Of a DNA stretch of 64,000 nucleotides, positions 30,280-40,213 are shown in pieces. Position 1 is the stretch's first letter; each line of letters opens with the position of its first letter. Under the pieces are notes generated by a model that saw only the letters and a program-made list of their open reading frames with translations, ran no database searches and was not told the origin of the DNA. The stretch is from contig CBDFJR010000002.1 in the NCBI GenBank assembly GCA_965248535.1, positions 640,001-704,000 of the forward strand. Direction: 5' to 3'. Origin of the DNA: Phormidesmis sp. GTDB lineage: Bacteria > Cyanobacteriota > Cyanobacteriia > Leptolyngbyales > Leptolyngbyaceae. Both the position numbers and the translations under genes were made by a program.

Positions 30280-31029
30280 TCAACGAATTCGATAGAAATC
30301 TATACCATCTGTGCTTTTAAGATGATTCTGATCTAGAACCCTGAGCTGATCAAAGTTTCCAGAACAATGACCAAGCACGGAATCAAACACAGTATTACGA
30401 GGTGAAAAATTTCCGCATTTCAGGTTGACATAGCTGCCGTATACATAATAGCTTCCCCACATTTCAACCTCGACGCTCCGTGCAGTTGAGTGCATCCTCA
30501 TCGCATATGTCCTATTTGAACCAATCGTTATAGTCATGATTGCTGAAGGTGCCATCTGCGCTCTCCATATACCAGCCACATTCACTGTGAGTTTTGGAGG
30601 AGGACTTGGAGGAGGGCTTGCGGGGACTTGGAGGAGGACTTGGAGGAGGACTTGGAGGAGGACTTGGAGGAGGAGAGAGTCGAACGAAGGGCTGAAGGTG
30701 CCATTTGCGCTCTCCACATACCAGCCACATTCACTGGGCGTTCCGGAGGAGGAGGGGGTAGGACTGGGAGTAGGAGAGTTCCGAGTTAGTAAATCAGATA
30801 GATGCTTCGCCACATCAGTTACGCTAGAAGCCCCGATTCCAATGATGGTGATGATAAAAGCCCCGATTCCTATAAAGACAGAGATGGCAGCCTTCGTCCG
30901 ACCGGATGATCGATTAAAAAAGAAGAAATTAATAAACAAAAATGTAGCTACGGTTAAAGCACTGATGCCTAACGGAGATTTTGACGCTGCTGCAATAATG
31001 TCTGGGAGATTGGTGAAAAAGGCTACCAT
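30280..31029 (-). CDS. Hypothetical membrane protein with an internal duplication and Pro-rich tandem repeat
   Basis: Two N-terminal TM segments, a repeat linker and a small beta-rich C-domain. Confidence 0.55.
   Translation of the reverse strand: MVAFFTNLPDIIAAASKSPLGISALTVATFLFINFFFFNRSSGRTKAAISVFIGIGAFIITIIGIGASSVTDVAKHLSDLLTRNSPTPSPTPSSSGTPSECGWYVESANGTFSPSFDSLLLQVLLQVLLQVLLQVPASPPPSPPPKLTVNVAGIWRAQMAPSAIMTITIGSNRTYAMRMHSTARSVEVEMWGSYYVYGSYVNLKCGNFSPRNTVFDSVLGHCSGNFDQLRVLDQNHLKSTDGIDFYRIR
30542..30736. repeat. 46-bp direct repeat (30542-30587 and 30691-30736) flanking a 12-bp tandem array
   Basis: GCTGAAGGTGCCATYTGCGCTCTCCAYATACCAGCCACATTCACTG twice, with 2 mismatches. About 7 TTGGAGGAGGAC units at 30594-30675, one of them only 10 bp. 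Confidence 0.92.
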
Positions 31030-31141
31030 TGTGATTCCCTCGCTGATGGTGTTGTAACCGTGCCATAGCTGATAGGTTCATAGCCTGCGATCGCGACAAG
31101 CGCAGAAAGATCATGGGCGATCGCGAGATGTAAAACAGAAG

Positions 31142-31318
31142 TTAATCCGCTGTGACCCAACGACAGTAGAGTTTAGAATTCTCGTCTAGTAGCCATTGAG
31201 CCACTAACTTGCCCTGGGCTGCGGATTCATGAGCGCGATCGATTGATGAAGTGTTTGCTGATTGCGCTTGAGCTTCGGGAACAGCGATCGCAGCCGACTG
31301 AATGATGAATTGAGGCAT
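31142..31318 (-). CDS. Small protein (58 aa, not in ORF track)
   Basis: MPQFIIQSAAIAVPEAQAQSANTSSIDRAHESAAQGKLVAQWLLDENSKLYCRWVTAD*. AAGGAG lies 8 nt upstream of the ATG. Confidence 0.7.
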   Translation of the reverse strand: MPQFIIQSAAIAVPEAQAQSANTSSIDRAHESAAQGKLVAQWLLDENSKLYCRWVTAD

Positions 31319-31481
31319 GATTGGACTCCTTGTAAAGTAGACAACTGAAGCGGTGTTGTCCTATTCCACGCTTCGGTATTGGAGATTATGCAATTGGGCT
31401 TCACCTCGAAAGAACACGGAACCCAAAATCCTATATCCTCGCTCTCGTGGCACACTACTAAGAAAGACTCTAGAGAAGCTT

Positions 31482-33419
31482 ATGACTGCCCCACAACTTT
31501 CCCCCTATGGTTCTTGGAAATCACCGATCACCTCAGATTTGATTGTCGCTGGCTCGATCGGGCTAGGGCAAATTAAGCTCGATCGCCAAGACATTTATTG
31601 GAGCGAGTCACGTCCTACCGAAGGTGGACGCACGGTGATCATGCGGCGTTCAGCCGGAATCACCACCGAGAAAACGCCACCTCCTTTTAACGCTCGAACT
31701 CGTGTGCATGAATATGGCGGCGGCGCGTTTTTGGCGGCCGATGGTGTGATTTATTTCTCTAATTTCTCTGATCAACGTCTCTATCGCCAATCTGCTGATG
31801 CGGCTCTGCTGCCTTTAACCTCGGCCGAATCGCTGCGCTATGCGGATGCTGTGCTCGATCGTGCTCACAATCGCTTAATTTGCGTGAGAGAAGATCATCG
31901 GGTTGCTGATCGCGAGGCCGTTAATACGATCGTCAGCATTCCACTCAACGAAAATGAAGCCGAGCAGACGATTCTCGCGTCTGGTAATGATTTCTACGCT
32001 TCTCCGCGCCTTAGTCCCGATGGGTCTTATCTCTCTTGGGTTTCGTGGAACCACCCTAAGATGCCCTGGGATGGCACCGATTTGTGGGTGGCGCGCATTC
32101 AGTCAGATGGAAGTTTGAGTGAGCCTCAACACATCGCAGGCGGCAAAGAAGAATCGATTTTTCAGCCGGAGTGGTCGCCTGATGGCGTGCTTTATTTTAT
32201 CAGCGATCGCTCTGGTTGGTGGAATTTTGATCGCTGGCATCCTCAAGGTGAAGTCGAGTCTGTCATAACATTAGAAGCAGAATTTGGCTTACCTCAGTGG
32301 GTGTTTGGGATGTCTACCTATGGGTTTGCTGCCAGCAATCAAATTCTCTGCACCTACACTCAAAACGGCATCAGTCACTTAGCGACTCTGGACTTGACTA
32401 CTAGTGAGCTTGCGTCTGTAGATTGTCTCTACACCAGCATTGCGGGGCTGCAAGTAAACTCTGAGCAAACTGCGTTTGTAGGTGGGTCAGCGACTCAGCC
32501 AGCAGCGATCGTGCAGTTTGATCTCAACTCTCAAACGTTCAACGTCTTGCAGCGTGCTAGCGAGTTAACGATCGAGTCTAGCTATCTCTCGGCTCCTGAA
32601 GCGATCGAGTTTCCCACAGAAAACGGCTTAACGGCTCATGCGCTTTACTATGCGCCCAAAAATCGTGACTACACGGCTCCCAAAGGCGAACTTCCGCCTC
32701 TCTTAGTCAAAAGTCACGGCGGGCCGACAGCCTCCACGTCGGCGGCTCTGAGTCTGGGCATTCAATATTGGACAAGTCGCGGGTTTGCGGTGCTGGATGT
32801 CAACTATGGCGGCAGCACAGGCTATGGTCGCGCTTATCGGCAACGGCTCAACAATCAGTGGGGCATTGTTGACGTAGATGATTGCGCCAATGGTGCCAAA
32901 TATCTGACCGCACAGGGCAAAGTTGATGGCGATCGCTTGGTGATTGCAGGCGGCAGTGCGGGCGGTTACACAACGCTGTGTGCGCTCACGTTTCGCAACA
33001 CGTTTAAGGCAGGAGCTAGCTATTACGGGGTCAGCGATCTCAAGGCATTAGCCGAAGACACCCACAAGTTTGAGTCGCGCTATTTGGATAGTTTGATTGG
33101 TGCTTACCCAGAACAAAAAGATTTGTATGATCAGCGATCGCCGATTAGTGCCGTCGATCGGCTGGCGTGTCCAGTCATTTTCTTCCAAGGTGACGAAGAT
33201 AAGATCGTGCCGCCTAACCAGGCCGAAATGATGGTGAATGCGCTGCGCGAGAAGGGAATTCCGGTGGCGTATGTGCTGTTTGAAGGCGAACAACACGGCT
33301 TTCGCAAAGCTGAAAATATCAAACGGGCGCTGGATGGAGAGTTTTATTTCTATTCGCGGGTGTTTAGGTTTTACCCGGCCGAGCGCATTGACGCGGTGAC
33401 GATCGAGAATCTTTCTTGA
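31482..33419 (+). CDS. S9-family (prolyl oligopeptidase-like) peptidase
   Basis: [20 protein letters not shown] nucleophile, [15 protein letters not shown]. Confidence 0.93.
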   Translation: MTAPQLSPYGSWKSPITSDLIVAGSIGLGQIKLDRQDIYWSESRPTEGGRTVIMRRSAGITTEKTPPPFNARTRVHEYGGGAFLAADGVIYFSNFSDQRLYRQSADAALLPLTSAESLRYADAVLDRAHNRLICVREDHRVADREAVNTIVSIPLNENEAEQTILASGNDFYASPRLSPDGSYLSWVSWNHPKMPWDGTDLWVARIQSDGSLSEPQHIAGGKEESIFQPEWSPDGVLYFISDRSGWWNFDRWHPQGEVESVITLEAEFGLPQWVFGMSTYGFAASNQILCTYTQNGISHLATLDLTTSELASVDCLYTSIAGLQVNSEQTAFVGGSATQPAAIVQFDLNSQTFNVLQRASELTIESSYLSAPEAIEFPTENGLTAHALYYAPKNRDYTAPKGELPPLLVKSHGGPTASTSAALSLGIQYWTSRGFAVLDVNYGGSTGYGRAYRQRLNNQWGIVDVDDCANGAKYLTAQGKVDGDRLVIAGGSAGGYTTLCALTFRNTFKAGASYYGVSDLKALAEDTHKFESRYLDSLIGAYPEQKDLYDQRSPISAVDRLACPVIFFQGDEDKIVPPNQAEMMVNALREKGIPVAYVLFEGEQHGFRKAENIKRALDGEFYFYSRVFRFYPAERIDAVTIENLS

Positions 33420-33484
33420 AGTCTGGGTTGAAGGTTTGGGTCAAAAAGAAGGAGGGTTCCGCGATCGATTTGCTGGTTGGGAGG

Positions 33485-33510
33485 GGGCACGGCTTGCCAT
33501 GCCCTTACGG
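33485..33510. repeat. REP-like palindrome, copy 1
   Basis: GGGCACGGCTTGCCATGCCCTTACGG; 25/26 identical to 38265-38290. Confidence 0.75.
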
Positions 33511-33541
33511 GGGCTATCTAAAATCGCCGATCGGGTGTTTT

Positions 33542-34655
33542 CTAGGCTTCGACTAGCTGATTATCTTGGCGCAAACACGCCTCAATAAAACTATCTAATT
33601 CTCCATTCATCACATCTTGAATGGCGGTGGTTTCAACTCCGGTGCGGAGATCTTTGACCATTTGGTAGGGGTGAAACACATAGTTGCGGATTTGATTGCC
33701 CCAAGCCGCTTCTACAATGTCTCCGCGAATATCAGCAACTTCTTTGGCCTTCTGCTCTTGAGCAATAATCAGCAGCTTGGCTTTGAGAATCACCAGAGCT
33801 TTCTCTTTGTTTTGAAGCTGCGATCGCTCCTCAGTGCATCTCACGGCAATGCCCGTCGGCAGGTGCGTAATCCGCACAGCAGTTTCAACTTTGTTAACGT
33901 TTTGCCCGCCTTTGCCGCCAGCGCGAGAGGTCGTAATCTCCAAATCTTTATCGGGAATGTCTAACTTTACCGACGTGTCAATCATCGGCATCACTTCTAC
34001 CCCGGCAAAGCTGGTTTGGCGCTTGTCGTTGGCGTTAAATGGCGAAATTCTCACCAGACGATGGGTGCCTTTTTCGACCTTGAGATAGCCGTAGGCATAT
34101 TTGCCATCAATTTCTAAAGTGGCGGATTTAATACCCGCCTCGTCGCCCTCTGACTCTTCGGTGAGATGCACTTTATAGCCGTGAGACTCTCCCCACCGGG
34201 TATACATTCTCAGCAGCATTTCTGCCCAATCTTGAGCATCGGTGCCGCCAGCCCCCGCGTTGATCGTGAGAATCGCGCCTTTAGCGTCGTAGGTGCCCGA
34301 CAGCATTTGCTGAAGCTCCCACTGGTCGAGTTCTTGCTTGAGTTGACGAGTTTTTTGCTGCCCTTCTTCTAACAGCGAATCGTCCATTTCTAGCTCTAGC
34401 AGTTCTAAAATTGCCTGAGCATCGGCGAGATGAGTTTGCCAGTGTTCAAACTGCTGAAGGTGAGATTTATAGTCGTTGAGTTCTTGCAAAATCTGTTGAG
34501 CTTTGGTCTGGTCTTCCCACAGTTCGGGTTGGGCAGCGACTTGCTCTAAATCTTGAATTTTTGCGGTCAGGGCAGGAACGTCAAAGATACTCCTGAGTTT
34601 TACCCAGGCGATCAGATAACCCTTCAACGTCGCGCTTTAGCTCTACAGTATCCAT
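33542..34655 (-). CDS. prfB: Peptide chain release factor 2 with programmed +1 frameshift
   Basis: The first frame [24 protein letters not shown] ends at CTT-TGA-C (34586-34580) with internal AGGAG. The second frame has SPF and GGQ motifs. Confidence 0.97.
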
Positions 34656-34750
34656 ACGATCGCTCGTTTCCTTGAACAGTATTGTTTATTCTAGCGGCAC
34701 TTCGATTAGAGTTGACTCATTCATCAGAACTCAGCCCCAAATCGAACCCT

Positions 34751-35731
34751 ATGGGAGACCTCAACCACCCATTTCAGTCGTTTCTCAACGATCTCTATCT
34801 TAAATATAAGCCGCTCACCGATGGCACCCTGGCTAGCTATATCCCTGAATTGGCAAAGGTCGATCCTGACTGCTTTAGCATTTGCGTGGTCACCGTAGAC
34901 GGTCGAATTTTTGAAGTCGGAGACGCACAGCAGCTATTTACGATTCAGTCTATCTCGAAGGTGTTTGTTTATGGCATGGCGCTGGCAGAGCACGGGCGCG
35001 AAAAAGTGCTGGCTAAAGTGGGCGTTGAGCCAACAGGCGACCCGTTTAACTCGCTGATTCGACTGGATGAATCGTCAAAGCGACCCGATAACCCAATGGT
35101 GAACGCAGGCGCGATCGCCACCACCAGTCTGATCAAAGGCACCGGGGCGACCGAGCGCTTAAATCAAATGCTCGATATGTTTCGGCGCTATATCGGGCGC
35201 GATGTTTATATCGATATGTCGGTGTTTATGTCAGAGCGATCGACGGGGCACCGCAATCGCGCTATGGCTCACCTGATGCGACATTTTGGCATGATCGACG
35301 AGAAGATCGACGAGGCGCTGGATCTCTATTTTCAGCAATGTTCTCTGATGGTCAATGGCCGCGATTTGGCTGTGATGGCAGCAACCCTAGCCAACAAAGG
35401 CGTGAACCCGATGACGGGCGATCGGGCCATTCCCGCCCAATACATTCGCGATGTGCTGTCGGTGATGTATACCTGCGGGATGTATAACTTTGCGGGGGAA
35501 TGGGCTTATAAAGTCGGACTGCCCGCCAAAAGTGGCGTGTCGGGAGGCATCATTGCCGTAGTTCCCAATCAGGTCGGCATCGCGGTTTTTTCGCCGCCGT
35601 TAGATGCTCACGGCAACAGCGTCCGCGGGATTAGAGTCTGCGAAGACCTAGCGCGAGAGTTTGAGTTACATATGTTTGACTTGCCGATGGGCTGCTCTCA
35701 CTTTCGACAGACATTGGCTAACGAACCGTAA
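34751..35731 (+). CDS. glsA: Glutaminase A
   Basis: [37 protein letters not shown]. Confidence 0.93.
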   Translation: MGDLNHPFQSFLNDLYLKYKPLTDGTLASYIPELAKVDPDCFSICVVTVDGRIFEVGDAQQLFTIQSISKVFVYGMALAEHGREKVLAKVGVEPTGDPFNSLIRLDESSKRPDNPMVNAGAIATTSLIKGTGATERLNQMLDMFRRYIGRDVYIDMSVFMSERSTGHRNRAMAHLMRHFGMIDEKIDEALDLYFQQCSLMVNGRDLAVMAATLANKGVNPMTGDRAIPAQYIRDVLSVMYTCGMYNFAGEWAYKVGLPAKSGVSGGIIAVVPNQVGIAVFSPPLDAHGNSVRGIRVCEDLAREFELHMFDLPMGCSHFRQTLANEP

Positions 35732-35823
35732 AAAACCTGCTTTTTGGGTCAGTCAACACGGTATAGTCACGGCAGAGGCGTTTGCCTCACAGTTTTTTAG
35801 TGGGCAATCGTCAGGAGAAAGTA

Positions 35824-36504
35824 ATGGTCAGAAGACAACCCGCCGCCAATTCCCGCAAGACAACGCCTCCCCCATCGCCCCAGACTCCTGTGGTAGACGC
35901 AGAGTTGCTGCCGGAAGAGGCTGGGAAGCCCGTTGAGGCAACCGATCTGGAGAAAGATGCATGGGCAGCAGAGCCAGTCGAAGTGGTGGCTGAATCCGTA
36001 CCCGACGTTGCGCCCCCAGAAGATCCTCCTGCCGAAACCCCTGCTAATTCAGCGTTAGAAGCTAACGTGATGGCGCTCAAAGAGTCGTTAGATCAATCCA
36101 CTCAAAAAGAGCAGCATTTGCAGAAAAGTGTTGAAGACCTACGATCGCAGCTTGATGAGCAAACTGCCCTAGTCAAAAAGCTGCAAACCAGTCTAGAAAA
36201 GGCGAATAAGATTCAGTCAGAGCTAGATCAGACTCAAAAAGCAGCGCTGAAGTTAGCCGAGTCAAATCAAGCGCTGATTGACGAAAATAAAGCCCTCAAA
36301 CAAGAACAGCAAACCCTCAAGGCAGATTTGGCAAGCAAAGCAAAGTCTTCCCAACTAACGGTGCAGCCCAGCCCACAACCTGCTGCTGAGAGCCGACAAG
36401 ACAGCCTTCGTAGACAGCAAGCAGCGACGCTTTCTCATCCCGTGTTTCCTAATGAGCCGATGAAAAATAGTTTTTCAGATCAAGACATTGGCTGGTTTGA
36501 TTAG
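35824..36504 (+). CDS. Hypothetical coiled-coil protein
   Basis: Acidic/Pro-rich N-terminus, heptad region, C-terminal DIGWFD. Confidence 0.65.
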   Translation: MVRRQPAANSRKTTPPPSPQTPVVDAELLPEEAGKPVEATDLEKDAWAAEPVEVVAESVPDVAPPEDPPAETPANSALEANVMALKESLDQSTQKEQHLQKSVEDLRSQLDEQTALVKKLQTSLEKANKIQSELDQTQKAALKLAESNQALIDENKALKQEQQTLKADLASKAKSSQLTVQPSPQPAAESRQDSLRRQQAATLSHPVFPNEPMKNSFSDQDIGWFD

Positions 36505-36552
36505 GGCGTTGGCTGCAAAATAAAGATAGTTGTGCAGAACAAACAGTAGTGG

Positions 36553-37251
36553 GTGAAAACGGTGGTGAAAACGCTAGCGATCGACATTGGCGGAAGCGGC
36601 ATCAAGACCCTGGTGCTTGATGAATCAGGACAGCCTCAGACCGAGCGTTCTCGTAGCGAAACGCCTCAACCTGCAAAGCCCGATCTGGTGCTTGACGCGA
36701 TCGTGGCTCTCGCCCAACAGCAGGGCGAGTTCGATCGGGCTTCGGCTGGGTTTCCGGGGGTGGTGCGGGCTGGCATCACCGAAACAGCAGCCAATCTCGA
36801 CCCCGATTGGATCGGGCTAGATCTGGCAAAGGCGTTAAGCGATCGCTTGGGCAAACCCGTCCGGGTGGTCAACGATGCCGATATGCAGGGCATGGGCGCG
36901 ATCTCAGGGCACGGCGTTGAACTGGTGATCACCCTTGGCACTGGGTTTGGGTCTGCCTTGTTTCTCAATGGCAAACTGGTGCCCAATTTAGAAATGGGAC
37001 ACCACGAGTTTCGCAACGAAGAAACCTATGAGCAGCAATTAGGACGAGCCGCTTTAGATCGCGTCGGTCAAAAAAAATGGAATCGACGCTTAGAGAAAGC
37101 GATCGTGTCTCTCAGAAGTTTGTTTAACTACGATCGACTTTACATCGGCGGCGGCAACACTAATAAAATCACGATCGAGCTACCATCCAATATCAAAATC
37201 GTTCCCAATGTATCCGGTTTGTTAGGTGGCATTGCGCTCTGGCGAGATTGA
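36553..37251 (+). CDS. ppgK: ROK-family polyphosphate glucokinase
   Basis: IDIGGSGIK, GFPGVV, NDADMQG, TLGTGFGSALF, PNLEMGH. Confidence 0.85.
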   Translation: MKTVVKTLAIDIGGSGIKTLVLDESGQPQTERSRSETPQPAKPDLVLDAIVALAQQQGEFDRASAGFPGVVRAGITETAANLDPDWIGLDLAKALSDRLGKPVRVVNDADMQGMGAISGHGVELVITLGTGFGSALFLNGKLVPNLEMGHHEFRNEETYEQQLGRAALDRVGQKKWNRRLEKAIVSLRSLFNYDRLYIGGGNTNKITIELPSNIKIVPNVSGLLGGIALWRD

Positions 37252-37258
37252 CTAGTAC

Positions 37259-37290
37259 AGACCTCTGACTTCTCAAGAAGTCAGAGGTCT
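37259..37290. terminator. Perfect 15-bp inverted repeat between convergent genes
   Basis: AGACCTCTGACTTCT-CA-AGAAGTCAGAGGTCT. Confidence 0.7.
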
Positions 37291-37383
37291 TAGAGGGTCG
37301 GAGATCTTAGAAGCGATCGCGATCGTGCCCTACATCTGCTTCGGTTAACTAATGGCTACGCAGAAAGCACTGCACCGCTAAAG

Positions 37384-38082
37384 TTAAGCCAGGTCAAACA
37401 CCAGCACTTCGGCCAGGTCGTTGCCTGTCAAATCGAGTTGGGTTTCTTGACTCACGGCGGCAGCATCTCCTTGAGACAAAGGTTGACCATTGAGCACCAC
37501 AGAGCCACGGGCCACCTGCACCCAAAGGTGACGATCGTCTTTGACACCAAGATTCACCTGCTCACCTGCACCGAGCACCGTGGCGTAGAGATTGAGATCT
37601 TGATGCACCTTAACCGAACCCTCGCGCCCATCTTGAGACGCAATCAGGCAGAGCTTTTCGCGCTTTTGTGCGTCTGAATAGGCCGTTTGCTCATATCCTG
37701 GCTCTAAGCCGTTTGTGTCGGGCAAAATCCAGATTTGCAGCAGATGGGTGCCTTCGCGATCGGAGTGGTTATATTCGCTATGGCTGACCCCGGTGCCTGC
37801 TGTCATGCGCTGCACTTCGCCGGGCCGCATCACTGCCCGATTGCCCATGCTGTCTTGGTGCTCTAGCGCCCCTTCTAGCACATAGGTCAAAATCTCCATA
37901 TCTCGGTGAGAATGGGTGCCAAAGCCTCGCTTGGGGGCGATCTGATCTTCGTTGATCACTCGCAGGCTGCTAAAGCCCATAAAGTTTGGGTCGTAGTAGT
38001 CAGCAAAGGAAAAGGTGTGATAGGAGTCTAGCCAACCGCGGTTGGCGTGGCCGCGATCGCCGGATTTACGAATCGTAATCAT
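37384..38082 (-). CDS. Pirin-family protein (YhhW-like)
   Basis: WLDSYHTFSF, LRVINED, HSHRDMEI, MTAGTGVSHSE. Confidence 0.93.
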   Translation of the reverse strand: MITIRKSGDRGHANRGWLDSYHTFSFADYYDPNFMGFSSLRVINEDQIAPKRGFGTHSHRDMEILTYVLEGALEHQDSMGNRAVMRPGEVQRMTAGTGVSHSEYNHSDREGTHLLQIWILPDTNGLEPGYEQTAYSDAQKREKLCLIASQDGREGSVKVHQDLNLYATVLGAGEQVNLGVKDDRHLWVQVARGSVVLNGQPLSQGDAAAVSQETQLDLTGNDLAEVLVFDLA

Positions 38083-38264
38083 GGTTTCCTCTCTGTAAAC
38101 CTTTGTAGAAAAAATGTTTGGGTTGTAAATGTCTTGACTCGTACTTTATGCCTTTAGAGTAACATATCGATTGTTTAGATGCAAACGATTTTGGGCGATC
38201 GGATGATCTCGTTTTGGATGGCGGTTTTTGAAGACAATGGTGATGAGATGGGACGATTGGAGGA

Positions 38265-38290
38265 GGGCACGGCTTGCCATGCCCCTACGG
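38265..38290. repeat. REP-like palindrome, copy 2
   Basis: GGGCACGGCTTGCCATGCCCCTACGG. Confidence 0.75.
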
Positions 38291-38310
38291 TGGTATTTTG
38301 CGTTTTTTAT

Positions 38311-39030
38311 ATGGCTTTGGTTTATCAATATCCGCCGCTCTATCCGGGCGTTTTGCTCAAACGCTACAAACGATTTTTTGCTGATGTTGAGTTGTCGTCT
38401 GGTGAGGTCGTGACGGCTCACTGCCCCAACACTGGGCCCATGACGGGGCTATATATTCCCGGTCAGCCTGTGCAATTGTCTCTTAGCCCCAATCCCAACC
38501 GCAAACTGCCCTACACCTGGGAGATGATCGAGGTCGCCGATCGAGACATTCCTGCTTGGGTGGGAGTCAATACGGCGTTGCCCAATCGGGTCGTCAAACT
38601 GGCGCTCGAACAAGGTCTCTTTCCTGAATTGGGAGCTTATCGCGAGATTAAAGGCGAAGTCGCTTATGGACAAGAAAAAAGCCGGATTGATTTCCTACTG
38701 ACGGACGAATTAGGGCAATCGATTTATCTCGAAGTCAAAAGCACGACTTGGACTGACGGACGGCTCGCCCGATTTCCCGATACGGTCACCACACGGGGAC
38801 AAAAGCACTTGCGAGAACTAATTGCACTATTACCCAACGCGAGAGCCGTCATGCTCTATTTCATCAATCGCGGCGACTGCGACCAGTTTGCCCCCGGAGA
38901 CAGCGCCGACCCGGTTTATGGTCAGCTATTGCGAGAAGCGATCGCCCTTGGTTTAGAAGTTCTGCCCTGCCGATTTAACGTCACCCCGATCGGCATTGAC
39001 TATTTAGGTTTAGCCACGATCGCCTTTTGA
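38311..39030 (+). CDS. sfsA: DNA/RNA nuclease SfsA
   Basis: KRYKRFFAD, AHCPNTG.M, SRIDF, EVKS, FPD.VT.RGQKHL. ATG at 38311. Confidence 0.93.
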   Translation: MALVYQYPPLYPGVLLKRYKRFFADVELSSGEVVTAHCPNTGPMTGLYIPGQPVQLSLSPNPNRKLPYTWEMIEVADRDIPAWVGVNTALPNRVVKLALEQGLFPELGAYREIKGEVAYGQEKSRIDFLLTDELGQSIYLEVKSTTWTDGRLARFPDTVTTRGQKHLRELIALLPNARAVMLYFINRGDCDQFAPGDSADPVYGQLLREAIALGLEVLPCRFNVTPIGIDYLGLATIAF

Positions 39031-39294
39031 AACACGATCCGCAAGTTCAACGCCCGAATAATGAAGGTTTAGCAAAGTATCCGTGTTTTGCCCCCTATCT
39101 TGAGAAAGACTTAAGGGTAAATTTTCGGTCTGAACTAGTGCTTTTGTGCTTAAATAAGCCTTGATCAAACCACCCAAGCCAAAAACAGGATTGGGCCACC
39201 CGATCGCTCTGAGCAATAATAGCGATCGATTCACTCGTCCCTAAGCAGTCCCCCATTGAGGAGCGAAAGAATGCGGCAAGTCCTGAAATCATTA

Positions 39295-39933
39295 ATGACT
39301 CTACTCAAGTCAGCTTCTAAAAGACATTTGATGCTTCTAGCAGGTCTGGGCTTTGTGACCGCTATCTTGCTGGGCTGGAGTCAAGGCAACGCCACTGCTC
39401 TAGAGCCTGGATCAATTCAGGCTGCGGTCGGGCGCACCTGGCAAGGCGCATCCTTCCCGGTCGAAAACTTTCAGGGCTACACCTCTCCGTTTGGCTATCG
39501 TCAATCGCCCGATGGCTCAGTCAATCAGGAGTTTCACCGCGGACTGGATATGGCCGCCCCCGAAGGCAGCTATATTCGCAGTTGGTGGGGTGGCAAAGTC
39601 GCTGAAGTCACTGACAACACGGCTTGTGGCACGTCGATCGTTATTCAGTCTGGCGAGTGGGAGCACATCTATTGCCACATGAATGGCCACGTTGAAACCG
39701 ATGGAAATGGCAAATATTTGAGCGATCGCAACGGCGGTCTCCAAATCTGGGAGGGTCAAACGATCCCTGCGGGTGCTCGCATTGGTCGTGTCGGCATGAC
39801 CGGACGCACCACCGGGCCTCACCTGCACTGGGGCTTAAAATATTCGCGGCAGTGGGTTGACCCGGCGATGGTGCTAAGAGCGATGTATGCCGAGCAAACT
39901 GGTTCACGGTCAGCGTCAAACCGTTCTGAATAA
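39295..39933 (+). CDS. M23-family metallopeptidase
   Basis: FHRGLDMAAPEG, YCHM, GRTTGPHLHW; signal-like N-terminus. The start is uncertain. Confidence 0.88.
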   Translation: MTLLKSASKRHLMLLAGLGFVTAILLGWSQGNATALEPGSIQAAVGRTWQGASFPVENFQGYTSPFGYRQSPDGSVNQEFHRGLDMAAPEGSYIRSWWGGKVAEVTDNTACGTSIVIQSGEWEHIYCHMNGHVETDGNGKYLSDRNGGLQIWEGQTIPAGARIGRVGMTGRTTGPHLHWGLKYSRQWVDPAMVLRAMYAEQTGSRSASNRSE

Positions 39934-39971
39934 ATCAGGGAGATCAAAAGCGGGCCAAAGTAGATAGGTCT

Positions 39972-40127
39972 CTATTCTTTGGCATCCGATCGACGGCGGC
40001 GGCACCGTTCTGAGCAATATTTCACCTCATCCCAATTTTTCTCCCATTTTTTGCGCCAGGTAAACGGTAGCCCACAAACGGGACAGACTTTGGTGGGCAA
40101 ATCAGACTTAGAGCGAGCGCGTCCCAT
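39972..40127 (-). CDS. DUF2256-domain protein
   Basis: [19 protein letters not shown]...VKYCSERCR. Confidence 0.88.
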   Translation of the reverse strand: MGRARSKSDLPTKVCPVCGLPFTWRKKWEKNWDEVKYCSERCRRRRSDAKE

Positions 40128-40213
40128 ACTTAAAAAAGGTTGAAGCAGGTTAATCTTCTTCAATGTAGATCGCAAACTAAAGCGCTGATTGAGAATATCG
40201 CGACTTCTCTAAC

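Noticed and set aside
30594..30675. CRISPR array
   Set aside because: 12-bp tandem units with no spacers, and no cas genes.
30542..30736. 46-bp repeat pair as a diversity-generating retroelement TR/VR
   Set aside because: Only two mismatches, in opposite directions (A>G and G>A); both copies are inside one ORF; no reverse transcriptase in the window.
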